Program-made: the position numbers and the translations under genes
The notes under the pieces: generated by a model
Databases searched by the model: none
What the model was told of the DNA's origin: nothing
What the model saw: only the letters and a program-made list of their open reading frames with translations
Part shown: positions 36,314 to 45,717 of the stretch, in pieces
Position numbering within the stretch: position 1 is the first letter of the stretch
How the letters are laid out: each line of letters starts with the position of its first letter
IMG/VR virus record: IMGVR_UViG_3300024348_000001
Coordinates: 1 to 64,000 of that record
Origin: a virus
Length of the DNA stretch: 64,000 bases
Direction: 5' to 3' (one strand)

Positions 36314-37120
36314 TCACTTAAAAGCCACGGCTACGGGATACTTAGGAACAATATCGTCGCCAAACGTCAAATCAAAGTACGCCACGGTCAATCGGCGTGA
36401 AATATATTTACGCAAATTAGTTGTTAATTCAATACTTGTTACAACGTGTTGAGGACACATTACTTCAAACTCATCGCCTTGGTCCGTTGCGCATACAGCT
36501 ATAGCAAAACCAGCAAACTCACCACGTCCACTTTTTACATCCACAACGTTGTAACTTTTAGTTTTGGGTGTGTGCACTGCCAAGAAAAATACAGAATCGT
36601 TCGATTTGTATCCTTCTGCCGAATGCCGCAAATTAACTCCGGGATAGCCTAACAACAAACAACGCGATTGATAGTAGTTAAGGTCTTCCCGGTTACGAAT
36701 CTTGACCGTTTCCGCACACGTTACCAGTGATCCCGTAAAGGCATTGAGCTTTTTATATCTCTCAGAAAATGCGGCTGTGCTGATCTGATCGCACAATACA
36801 AATTGCACTTTCGTATTATCTGCCTTTAATTTCTTTAATCGCTTTTGCAATACAGTTTGCGCTATGCCGGTTTCTGTTAAAAATCCGTCTAGAATTGCAG
36901 TAGGTTCCTGTGTCAGCGGCCAATGCAATGCGCTGTTAATACGTGGTACTGTTGTGACCGGTGTCGCATCCATGGTCACTAACTGTACTTGATCGTTTTC
37001 AAGATATGCAAAACACCGTTCGCCCTGCAACATAGGCTGACCTAATGCGTTGTCCCATCGTACTTTAGATGCACAGTCTACATAATCGCGCGGAAGTGCA
37101 GGGCTTGGTATTTTTATCAT
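36314..37120 (-). CDS. ATP-dependent DNA ligase-like protein lacking catalytic residues
   Basis: QPMLQGERC (motif I QPKLDGxRC), LDGFL, FVLCD, GYPGVNLR, OB-fold tail LTVAYFDLT...P.YPV. Confidence 0.7.
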   Translation of the reverse strand: MIKIPSPALPRDYVDCASKVRWDNALGQPMLQGERCFAYLENDQVQLVTMDATPVTTVPRINSALHWPLTQEPTAILDGFLTETGIAQTVLQKRLKKLKADNTKVQFVLCDQISTAAFSERYKKLNAFTGSLVTCAETVKIRNREDLNYYQSRCLLLGYPGVNLRHSAEGYKSNDSVFFLAVHTPKTKSYNVVDVKSGRGEFAGFAIAVCATDQGDEFEVMCPQHVVTSIELTTNLRKYISRRLTVAYFDLTFGDDIVPKYPVAVAFK

Positions 37121-38028
37121 GAACTAGAATTCCTTGAACAATTGATGCATGCTGTTGCGGCAGCGCCATCGCTAAAATATGCTTGTGTATTACACGCCGG
37201 ACACAGTTTTACCGCATATGTCGTTGGATGACAACCCGCTCTGCATTCTTGATAGCCTATAGGACATGTGTGACATGCAAAATTATTTGCATACCCAGCA
37301 GGACACGCATACTTAGGATTGCGTCGAGCCCTGTAGCGCATTTGCTCTTTATTCCATTTCATCAAGTTTGGAATAGCAACAAGTTCTACAAACCTTAAAT
37401 TTTGTTCGGATTTGTCATAATCCACAAGCGCAGAAAACCGCATTGTCACCAGTTCTAACGGTCCTCTGTACAAAAATACTTCGCGTTTACGCATACTCGC
37501 AGGTAGCCGGCGATACAGCTTTAATTGACGCCATGCTATATACCGACAATACGATAACGGCCACCATGACGTGCTTGTCAACGTGCAAGGAAATCCTGCT
37601 AAAACTTTAAACGTAACGTCGTACCCTTCTACCTTTTTTGCATTAACACGCGCAGTCATTTCCATGATCTGCACAGGCACCCATTCCTTACCCTCAAGCC
37701 GCACGTAAGGACGTACGGCTTTGTTTTCCTTAAGCGTCCAACAGTTACCAAGCAACCGATGTATCAAATCTACAGCCAAAGACTCTGTCAGTTCCGTTCC
37801 AGCAAATGGGCGCAACGATTCCTGTATTGTGTCGTATTGCAATCCGGGCATACGGATTGCTAATGAGACCTGAGCAAAAATGTAATTCACAAATTGCTTG
37901 AATATGCTTCCCACAAGTTTTTGATTAGCAAATTTATGGTAAACATCTAAACCTATGCTATTCTTTTGCGCAATGATTTGTTCAACGTCGTAGCGTAATC
38001 GTGTTGTTTTTTCATTGCTCTCCGTCAT
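37117..38028 (-). CDS. Hypothetical protein with C-terminal Cys-rich (Zn-binding) region
   Basis: CP...CHTCP....C...C...CPAC...CINC. Confidence 0.7.
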   Translation of the reverse strand: MTESNEKTTRLRYDVEQIIAQKNSIGLDVYHKFANQKLVGSIFKQFVNYIFAQVSLAIRMPGLQYDTIQESLRPFAGTELTESLAVDLIHRLLGNCWTLKENKAVRPYVRLEGKEWVPVQIMEMTARVNAKKVEGYDVTFKVLAGFPCTLTSTSWWPLSYCRYIAWRQLKLYRRLPASMRKREVFLYRGPLELVTMRFSALVDYDKSEQNLRFVELVAIPNLMKWNKEQMRYRARRNPKYACPAGYANNFACHTCPIGYQECRAGCHPTTYAVKLCPACNTQAYFSDGAAATACINCSRNSSS

Positions 38029-38563
38029 CGATCAATTCCCCGTATGTGCCAGTTGAAACACCGGTACTTTCATTTACGACAACAATAGGTGTGGTATTTG
38101 TTAATCTAGGCAATTCCGGTGCGTAAATATGTTCGTACGAATAAGTAGCTGTAACATCTTCAGAAAAATCTTCAATTGCAGCGATTGTCAAATAGGATCG
38201 AATCAAATGGTACGGCTCATGCTCTGCGGTACCAACCCCATTTTTCTGTAACTGAGAAAACAATACACCCAACTCACTCCAGTCCCCACTTGTATTGAAG
38301 AAACGCGCGATTGCGTCACTTAGTAAATACAGTCGCTGCGCTTCGCCTCGTTGAAATTCGTTTGGTGCTGTCCAAAATCCCAAGGTAATTGTGCCGTGTT
38401 GTTCTTCCGTCATATCCAATAGTGGCACATACCGATCATCTAAACGCAAATTAAAATACACGCCAATAGAATTACCGTCATCAATTAACTTAACGACATA
38501 TCCGTCTCCGGGTTTTAACTTAGTTAGCGTTTTGGGCTTGTCGTCGTTTGACATTGTGTTCAT
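38012..38563 (-). CDS. Hypothetical protein
   Basis: 183-aa ORF (alternative start 38554). Confidence 0.65.
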   Translation of the reverse strand: MNTMSNDDKPKTLTKLKPGDGYVVKLIDDGNSIGVYFNLRLDDRYVPLLDMTEEQHGTITLGFWTAPNEFQRGEAQRLYLLSDAIARFFNTSGDWSELGVLFSQLQKNGVGTAEHEPYHLIRSYLTIAAIEDFSEDVTATYSYEHIYAPELPRLTNTTPIVVVNESTGVSTGTYGELIDDGEQ

Positions 38564-39050
38564 AAATTACCCTGTTTACTTCTGACCAGTAATATTTAAT
38601 TACAGCTTTCTTTGAAAACCCTTGTGCCGTTAACTCAAGCATAATTGCTTTTTGTTGCGCTGGTTCTGGATAAGCGTATTCCCATTTAGCTGCGGCGTTA
38701 CGCGCTTTTATATACAACTGTGCTACCACAGGATCGTTCTGTTCTAAAGTTAACGGTGTTTTATTGATTTTTTTGGCTGCATACGCTGCGTACTTTCTAG
38801 GTAACAAGTGCTTTAACTGCATGTCAATTATGGCTTGATCCGTCGTCAACGCTGTGACTACGCAATATTCTTTAAATTCGGTTGAATAACACACGGGAAA
38901 TATAATCCCGTGTGTTTGCTCTGAAAGCAAATAGCAATTTTTAGTATGTTTCCCGAAGGGAACCGCTTGTTCCACAGCTTCATAAATGGAAAGCTTAACG
39001 TCGGGAAAACGTTCGGCAAATCGATTCAATGCGTGAATAGAAATCAACAT
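38520..39050 (-). CDS. Hypothetical protein
   Basis: 176-aa ORF; N-terminal IS.HA..RF.ERF motif. Confidence 0.65.
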   Translation of the reverse strand: MLISIHALNRFAERFPDVKLSIYEAVEQAVPFGKHTKNCYLLSEQTHGIIFPVCYSTEFKEYCVVTALTTDQAIIDMQLKHLLPRKYAAYAAKKINKTPLTLEQNDPVVAQLYIKARNAAAKWEYAYPEPAQQKAIMLELTAQGFSKKAVIKYYWSEVNRVIYEHNVKRRQAQNAN

Positions 39051-39062
39051 GGATCGTCTCGC

Positions 39063-39758
39063 TTAAATGCGGGCAGCGATGTCCGCTATGATTGGATGGC
39101 GTACGATGTTTTCATCGCTAATATGAATTACAGCGACGCCCGGAACTTTACCGATTTTGTCAATAATGTCCATCATGGCGACCCGACCCACAAGGTCACT
39201 TTGTTTTGGATCGCCTGTGATGATCATTTTTGACCCTACTCCAATACGCGTAATAAACAATTTCAATTGCGCATAGGAACAGTTTTGCGCTTCGTCCAGA
39301 ATGCACACCGCATTCTTTAACGTACGCCCGCGCAAATAGGCAATTGGGGCAACCTCCACGCCCTTGTCAATATATTTACGTTGCGCGTTCTCTTTACCCA
39401 CCAGATCATCAAGTGCGTCGTACAACGGGAGCATGAAAGGATGTACTTTTTCCTCAAAGGATCCGGGTAAAAAACCTAAACGCTCGCCGGCTTCCACAAT
39501 AGGACGTGTGATAATAATTTTCTGGGTTTTATTTTCCAGCGCGCTATGAATAGCAAACGCCGTAGCCAGAAAACTTTTACCTGTACCGGCAGTACCTATC
39601 AAAAATACTACGTGATTTCGTGCAATTGTTTCCCAGCAAGAACGCTGAAAAGGGTTAAGGAATTCAAGACTAAATCCTTTTTTCTTTGTAACCTCCATTT
39701 CCATATGGTGTTCGGGTTCTGCCAGATCTTTACGCTGACGAACACGTCGTTTTGGCAT
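39063..39758 (-). CDS. phoH: PhoH-family ATPase
   Basis: GTAGTGKS, RPIVEAGE.LGFLPG, YLRGRT, ILDEAQN, TGD..QSD, IVRHP; start may be 39815. Confidence 0.92.
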   Translation of the reverse strand: MPKRRVRQRKDLAEPEHHMEMEVTKKKGFSLEFLNPFQRSCWETIARNHVVFLIGTAGTGKSFLATAFAIHSALENKTQKIIITRPIVEAGERLGFLPGSFEEKVHPFMLPLYDALDDLVGKENAQRKYIDKGVEVAPIAYLRGRTLKNAVCILDEAQNCSYAQLKLFITRIGVGSKMIITGDPKQSDLVGRVAMMDIIDKIGKVPGVAVIHISDENIVRHPIIADIAARI

Positions 39759-39847
39759 GGGCAGGTTTCCGTGTCGCGGGTTAGCCTCAGTGTAAACCGT
39801 AGGCACGGAAACCAAAAATGTATTGAGATAAATATTTATTTGATCGT

Positions 39848-40210
39848 TTATTCAGGCTTCGCTGTTACAGCAAAACCTACGTAAAACCGCATTGTTTGTT
39901 CTTCTGTGTGCACTTGCTGGCCGATAAACAACAACACTTCTTCAAACTGTAAACGCGGCATGTCTTTGTTAAGCTGTCCCAGAAACTGGGTTGCCTTTTC
40001 CATTCCTGCCGCAAGTAGGTACTGCGGTTCAATCGATGGGACACGATAAGCGTGAATTGGAATGCGAGCGTATTCGCCTATCTGCGTATGCCACATTTCA
40101 TCGTTTGCCAAAGCAAACCATGCTTTTTTGTCTCGAGGAACCACCATGACAGGTTGTTCTTTTGTTTGCAGATATGGTTCGACATCAACCCAAACTACAC
40201 TGACGTACAT
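39848..40210 (-). CDS. Hypothetical protein
   Basis: 120-aa ORF. Confidence 0.65.
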   Translation of the reverse strand: MYVSVVWVDVEPYLQTKEQPVMVVPRDKKAWFALANDEMWHTQIGEYARIPIHAYRVPSIEPQYLLAAGMEKATQFLGQLNKDMPRLQFEEVLLFIGQQVHTEEQTMRFYVGFAVTAKPE

Positions 40211-40992
40211 ATCTTAACCTCAGTTTGTTCACCGTTGGCGTAATGCTCAACAGTGTAGACAAAAGATTTGTAAGGACTAGAAATACCGTCGTACCACAGC
40301 GGCCGCATACTCAAACCACGGCGAGGTGCCCGAGATTCCCGGTGATGCTCGTCGGCGTTAATTGCTACGTGCGTATTGTAATGGAACAACCGGTAACTCT
40401 GTTGATAACACAGTTCACCCAGCACTGCATCTCCGCCATTGTGGTGCATATCTGGAAAAGGATAATCGTGTTTTTTTAGTAAATTTAAACGTGTCGCCCA
40501 CCAACCGCCTGTTGCAAATTTTATCGCATATCCCTGTGGCCATTCTTTATTTGTGTACCACGATTGATTTTTAATTACGCATCGTTGGTTGCCGTTCCAC
40601 ATACTTGTTAACCGATACACAGAACCAACCAAATCTGCGTTAATAAGATAAGTGCTTATGTCTTGCCAGAACGTACGCGGCGCTGATTCACGTATAAAAC
40701 TGTCATCGTCAAACCACATCACGTTACGTTGTTGCGGGTCTGCGTATCGCAACATCTGTCGCATCAACGGATATTTGCCAACGTTTTCATGATTGTCGGC
40801 CGCAAAAAGAAGCACGGGAATATTAAATCCCCGTGCTTCTTCCGTTAAATATTCTTGCACATCTTGCGTTACTGCGTTCATCCCTATGCGTAATTCCGAT
40901 ACGCCGGGATATTGCGCACATCGTTTAATTGATGTCAAACAACGCGCAATCAAATCACGATGTTCGCCGTAACACAAGACGCATACAAGCAT
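40195..40992 (-). CDS. GT2-like glycosyltransferase
   Basis: VCVLCYG, N.GKYP.MR, WFDDDS, NGGD..LG. Confidence 0.7.
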   Translation of the reverse strand: MLVCVLCYGEHRDLIARCLTSIKRCAQYPGVSELRIGMNAVTQDVQEYLTEEARGFNIPVLLFAADNHENVGKYPLMRQMLRYADPQQRNVMWFDDDSFIRESAPRTFWQDISTYLINADLVGSVYRLTSMWNGNQRCVIKNQSWYTNKEWPQGYAIKFATGGWWATRLNLLKKHDYPFPDMHHNGGDAVLGELCYQQSYRLFHYNTHVAINADEHHRESRAPRRGLSMRPLWYDGISSPYKSFVYTVEHYANGEQTEVKICTSV

Positions 40993-40993
40993 G

Positions 40994-41920
40994 TTAAATA
41001 CCGGTTGGCGTCTTCTTGGCCGGGCGACCACGTTTACGTGCCGGCGGTTCTGTGTTACGCACAAAACCAGTTGGCTCAGTCATTTGCTCCGTACGACTGA
41101 CCGGCGTCGTATACTCACGCTCAACTTCAACACCCGCAGCCGGATCGACTTGTGTATCTTTTGCTGCAATGATCCGAGATACACGCTTCTTAATTTCATC
41201 CAAACGTGACACGGCTGTCTGCGCAGCTAAAAGCATATCTTGCAATCTTGCGCCTGTTTCTTGCAAAATGCTGTCCAGATTGTTTGTGACAACGTCTGGC
41301 GAGATTGCGTCTAGCGGATTGAAAATATATTGATCGGCAACTTCATCCATGTAATTGCCAAACTTTGCAGCCAACTTACCAATCTTCGTCACACCCGCTA
41401 CTGGACTGGTTGGACGTCGTACGGGTCGTCCTGCGTTTGAACTACCGCCGGAACGATCCAAAGCGCCCGAGATAACTTCCAACACTTCGTTTGCGGATAG
41501 CCCGTCACGGATAGCTCGTTCAATCATCGATTTCTGCGCAAGCGGATCTTCCAGACGTGCGGCATAAATCCAATGGTACACAGTCAAGGTCTGTCCGGTG
41601 CTCGTCAACTTACCCTGTTGCTCTACCACGTACTGATGGTCAGGAAACGCACGAGCAAAATTCCGATAATCACGCAACGTTGCTGCGCGGACGTTAAGGA
41701 ACGTCTCCAATTTGGCAATAGCATTAGCTCCATAGTAATTGCTGCTATCGTTCAATACGTCGTCCACCATCGCACCAATGCGATAGAAATGGATAACCAT
41801 TTTCTTACTACTGTCCGTCAATTCTTTCTGCAATTTAAGCGCTATTTCTTGCAGCGCTTGCGGCATTTGCGCAAACACTTCGTGCCGCTGAGCAGACATT
41901 GGACCGATCAGATTCGACAT
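40994..41920 (-). CDS. DUF1016-N/YhcG-like helical DNA-binding protein with C-terminal AT-hook
   Basis: FYRIG......YG...I.KL.....L...R.F...F pattern; RKRGRPAKK tail; ATG at 41920 with GGAGG. Confidence 0.55.
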   Translation of the reverse strand: MSNLIGPMSAQRHEVFAQMPQALQEIALKLQKELTDSSKKMVIHFYRIGAMVDDVLNDSSNYYGANAIAKLETFLNVRAATLRDYRNFARAFPDHQYVVEQQGKLTSTGQTLTVYHWIYAARLEDPLAQKSMIERAIRDGLSANEVLEVISGALDRSGGSSNAGRPVRRPTSPVAGVTKIGKLAAKFGNYMDEVADQYIFNPLDAISPDVVTNNLDSILQETGARLQDMLLAAQTAVSRLDEIKKRVSRIIAAKDTQVDPAAGVEVEREYTTPVSRTEQMTEPTGFVRNTEPPARKRGRPAKKTPTGI

Positions 41921-41969
41921 AACAACCTCCGGTAAAAACAATCCCACCATAACTCTTTTGAATTGGTCG

Positions 41970-42554
41970 TCAATACGTCCAACCCGTGTTTTTAACAACC
42001 TGTAAAAAATTATCAAACCGCTGCACATACACAAATTTGTGACAGTTTAGCTGTGGATATACAAATACAGGTCCGACGAATTCCGTCATTTGCAGCGTGT
42101 GTGCAATCATCCCGTGCGGAAATCCTTTGCGCGGTACAATTAATCCCGCCGGGCGATTAGCAATTGTGTCAACTTTCTCGTCAAAAAAATTTGACAGCAA
42201 TTTGAACACCGTTGAGCGCGAAAACTCTTTGAACAAGCTAGGTAAAAAACAAGACTCGTCAAGATGCAGAGCTTTTGGCGGTTTGACCGCACCTAGAAAT
42301 ACAGGAAACGACGGGAACATATCTGCAAAACCAGAAAAAGTTAATTCCGAACCATTGTTGGCTCGAAGTTCTTGTTCTAGCTTGTTAGCGGCTTTAGGTA
42401 GAAAAAACTTCAACAAAAACCGTACCCGTGTTTCTTCGTATCCTTCGTAGTACGACGGTTGATGGGACAAACCCGCCAGCATCTCTTGTTGGCGTTGGAT
42501 CACTTCTGGATCCACACGCGCTTCAAACAAATCGTCATCATCATCATTTGGCAC
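41970..42554 (-). CDS. Hypothetical protein
   Basis: 194-aa ORF overlapping the RecA stop. Confidence 0.65.
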   Translation of the reverse strand: MPNDDDDDLFEARVDPEVIQRQQEMLAGLSHQPSYYEGYEETRVRFLLKFFLPKAANKLEQELRANNGSELTFSGFADMFPSFPVFLGAVKPPKALHLDESCFLPSLFKEFSRSTVFKLLSNFFDEKVDTIANRPAGLIVPRKGFPHGMIAHTLQMTEFVGPVFVYPQLNCHKFVYVQRFDNFLQVVKNTGWTY

Positions 42555-44037
42555 GGTTGATCAATCGCTCCAAATGGTTTGCGTAATCCCCAGTCAGTGT
42601 GGGAATGTGTGCAATGCACAATCCCTTCCTGATCTTTTTAACTATTTCGGGATTGGCGTGAAGCATCGCTCCTAGACGACTCCATGACACGGCGTCCTTA
42701 CCGCTCATGCCTAACGTCTTGGACCATGCTTTATTCTCCACATCCGCACGCGTAGGGCATGTCACGTGAATGCCCAATGCCTCCAATCGTGGTTTGAAGT
42801 AACTGTGTCCTCCTTGATTCAGAATGTAATCCAGCAACCAAACAAGGGACCAATTCCAATCCCAGATCGTGTGCTGTCGTGACGGAGCCATCTCCATGTC
42901 ACCGTCAATAATTTCTTCAACATTGTTGTGCCGCCACAACAATCTTGTCGCAATCTTTTTGACGCCTTCGCTGTATGAGTTCTTGAACGTTTCAATGTTC
43001 ACCTCATATCCAACGAACTTTGATGACACGATCTTGTGCTTCGGTCCCTTCGCTTTGGACAACTGAAGCTCGACAGATTCCTGAAACCCTAACTGCTTGC
43101 CGCCACCGATTGAACGCGTCGGTAGTCCTCGTTCGTCCATACCGGTCTTCAACTGATTGACGGTTACCAGCGAGAATGGCCAACCGTCAAACTCCTGCGG
43201 GATAGCTTTGATAAACTTGGTATTAACCAACGCTTCTGTGGCAAAACCACGTGCGGCGTTACCAATACCTTTACCTCTCAAACCATCCTTGCCAATCTTG
43301 CCAAGTATCTTTTCCTGTTCGGTTTCAGAGGCCTTACCTGATACAGAATCGACTCCGAACAAGAACGGGATCTTGCGGCCAAAACCCTGAGAGTCGGCAG
43401 ACCTCTTGGTGATCTTGATGGCGTCGGTAAGGTTGCGCTGCCACTCTTCCAAAGAACCTGCGCGTAGAAGCTGCGTCATCCCAAACATCTGCTCACCCAT
43501 GATTGACGCATACCAATCAGGATTGAACTTAGTCTCGGTCTCGACCAGCCAGAACCCCCCACCGAAACTCATGAACCACCGAGCAAACTCTGCCAACATC
43601 GCAGACTTGCCCACACCCGTCTCAGCCACCAGTTGATACATCAAACCCAACGGCAACGCATCTAAACCCAGCAAATACTCCATCGGCAATGACGGTGTCG
43701 GAATACCGATCATTAATTCTCGAGATTCCGAACCGATGAAATAATTAGCTGGCGTGGTCTTGCGGGCTTCCTCCACAAGTGCCGTCATGAATTTCCATTG
43801 TTGCTCAGGCCGAATCTTGCTTTTGCCTTTGTCCATGTCAGTGTTAATCAATTGCGCAGGCAACAAATCATCATCTGGCATTTCTGGAGCCGTAAATTCA
43901 GGTTCCTCTTCAATTTCTTCGACCTTGGGCTTACGCCCACGCTTCTTAGGTTTAACCGATTCCGTGTCTTCCGTGACAGGAACCGGCGTTACCCCCGTCA
44001 TTTCTTCGTCATCATCGTCCAACGGTGGCAATTGCAT
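42544..44037 (-). CDS. recA: RecA/UvsX-like recombinase
   Basis: Walker A AETGVGKS, VETE, GVDSV, NQLK, GG.QL.F..S; acidic/basic N-terminal extension; ATG at 44037. Confidence 0.85.
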   Translation of the reverse strand: MQLPPLDDDDEEMTGVTPVPVTEDTESVKPKKRGRKPKVEEIEEEPEFTAPEMPDDDLLPAQLINTDMDKGKSKIRPEQQWKFMTALVEEARKTTPANYFIGSESRELMIGIPTPSLPMEYLLGLDALPLGLMYQLVAETGVGKSAMLAEFARWFMSFGGGFWLVETETKFNPDWYASIMGEQMFGMTQLLRAGSLEEWQRNLTDAIKITKRSADSQGFGRKIPFLFGVDSVSGKASETEQEKILGKIGKDGLRGKGIGNAARGFATEALVNTKFIKAIPQEFDGWPFSLVTVNQLKTGMDERGLPTRSIGGGKQLGFQESVELQLSKAKGPKHKIVSSKFVGYEVNIETFKNSYSEGVKKIATRLLWRHNNVEEIIDGDMEMAPSRQHTIWDWNWSLVWLLDYILNQGGHSYFKPRLEALGIHVTCPTRADVENKAWSKTLGMSGKDAVSWSRLGAMLHANPEIVKKIRKGLCIAHIPTLTGDYANHLERLINRAK

Positions 44038-44096
44038 AGAGTCCCCCAAACGGGCACCGCAACCGAAATTGCGGTGCCCACGAAACAATTAAACAC

Positions 44097-45701
44097 TTAT
44101 TTTTTACGAGGCGGTCTTGGCGCAGGACTCTTTGGAGGAGCATTGCGCGCGGACTTTGGTGGCGGAGGCATATCGTCATCATCCTCGCCGTCTTCTTCAA
44201 AATCGTCGTCTTCGGTGGCTTCACCTTCCTCCAAATCATCTTCATCTACAGGCAGTTGTTTACGGACTGGCGCCGACAATTCTGCATCGTCTTCGTCGTC
44301 ATCTTGAACCGCTGGCCGAACCGGAGTCGCTACGACTGCTTCGTCTTCGTCGTCGTCCATAGCGGGCACAGGAATTTTCTTCAGAACTGGCAAATCCAAA
44401 TCGTCATCGTCATCTGTAAACGTTTGATTGTTTGCAGGACGCGCCGGTGCTGCGGGTTTCTTGCTCACAGGCGGCGAGAAATCATCGTCGTCCTCAACTT
44501 CTACCATTGCAGCTTTCTTGGGACGAGGTGCTTCTTCCGCAGCCGGTACGCTACTCTTGGCGTTACCCAAGATCTTGCGCACGTCTGCGGTCATATACTC
44601 GGACCGATCAAACCACGCCCATTCCACCAACTTAGGAATAGAGCGGAACGCCTGTGCAATAATTACACACTTTTCTTCGTTAGACGGGAAGTGCAAGATA
44701 CCTGCATTCACGCCAGACGGAGTCCAGAAGAATGACGATTTAACAACACGTTCAACCTGTTCTGTGGACAGAGATGGTTTAAACTTCTGTCCGCCCACAC
44801 CAAGCACTCGACTAATCGCAAACTCATAACCCGTTGGTTTCTTCGGGTCGATGGTGCCTGACCACGACATGGACAGCCACTGGCTCTTTGGATTAACAGC
44901 GTTCCGTGCCTGAAGCTTGGTTACCTTCGGGTTGAACGCACACACGAAATAGCCACCCGCAACAGTACGGGTGTCGGGATCAAACGTACCGACAGGATCT
45001 CCGTAGAGATACGGTGCGTTGTAATCCACATCTGGATTTCCATCGAACGAATCCGCTGGCGTGTCGAATATATTGAACAAGCTATTTGCCGAGGCAGGTA
45101 GCTGGATCACACACATTGCCTCGCCGGGTGCTTCACCAAGTGCATGTTCACGACCATTGCCGATATGCTCGACATCGCCATTGGCATACACAAAACCCTG
45201 CATGAAGTTCAGGGTAGTGGGTCGCGTGATTGACGCACCCTTGCCAGCAGAACCAACCATCAACTGATTCCAACGAGCATCCCACGAACGGCCGCCGGCA
45301 AACACACCTTCCTTGTGCGCACGGAAACAAGACCAATAGAAATTGGTATACGGCTCGTTACGGCGTGATGCCTCGTCTCCGGGCTGATGCAACAAGATCG
45401 TGTACTTATCGCGATCATCTCCACCGAAATATTTAGCCGCAGGCACGGGAAACATGAAGTGCGAGTAATGCCGCTGCGCAGCACTCTCACGGCCACCTGC
45501 AAGGTTGTTGGGATTGTCGTAATCTCTGCCCGGCACCGGACGGAACAGCAACGGTCCCTTGGTGTAGTTCGGACGGATTAGCTGGAACGGAAGCGAACAA
45601 CGTGGATCCAATGTCTTATCGTCGGGCGGTGCGCTGCTGCGCTTGTCATTGCTACCGTGTGCCCGTGAATCGTAGCTCGGTCTCTGCCATTTATCAGACA
45701 T
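44097..45701 (-). CDS. Probable ssDNA-binding/recombination mediator protein
   Basis: Lies between polA and recA; folded N-terminus and long acidic, Pro-rich tail; no diagnostic motif recognised. Confidence 0.45.
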   Translation of the reverse strand: MSDKWQRPSYDSRAHGSNDKRSSAPPDDKTLDPRCSLPFQLIRPNYTKGPLLFRPVPGRDYDNPNNLAGGRESAAQRHYSHFMFPVPAAKYFGGDDRDKYTILLHQPGDEASRRNEPYTNFYWSCFRAHKEGVFAGGRSWDARWNQLMVGSAGKGASITRPTTLNFMQGFVYANGDVEHIGNGREHALGEAPGEAMCVIQLPASANSLFNIFDTPADSFDGNPDVDYNAPYLYGDPVGTFDPDTRTVAGGYFVCAFNPKVTKLQARNAVNPKSQWLSMSWSGTIDPKKPTGYEFAISRVLGVGGQKFKPSLSTEQVERVVKSSFFWTPSGVNAGILHFPSNEEKCVIIAQAFRSIPKLVEWAWFDRSEYMTADVRKILGNAKSSVPAAEEAPRPKKAAMVEVEDDDDFSPPVSKKPAAPARPANNQTFTDDDDDLDLPVLKKIPVPAMDDDEDEAVVATPVRPAVQDDDEDDAELSAPVRKQLPVDEDDLEEGEATEDDDFEEDGEDDDDMPPPPKSARNAPPKSPAPRPPRKK

Positions 45702-45717
45702 GTCTACCTCACCTTAG

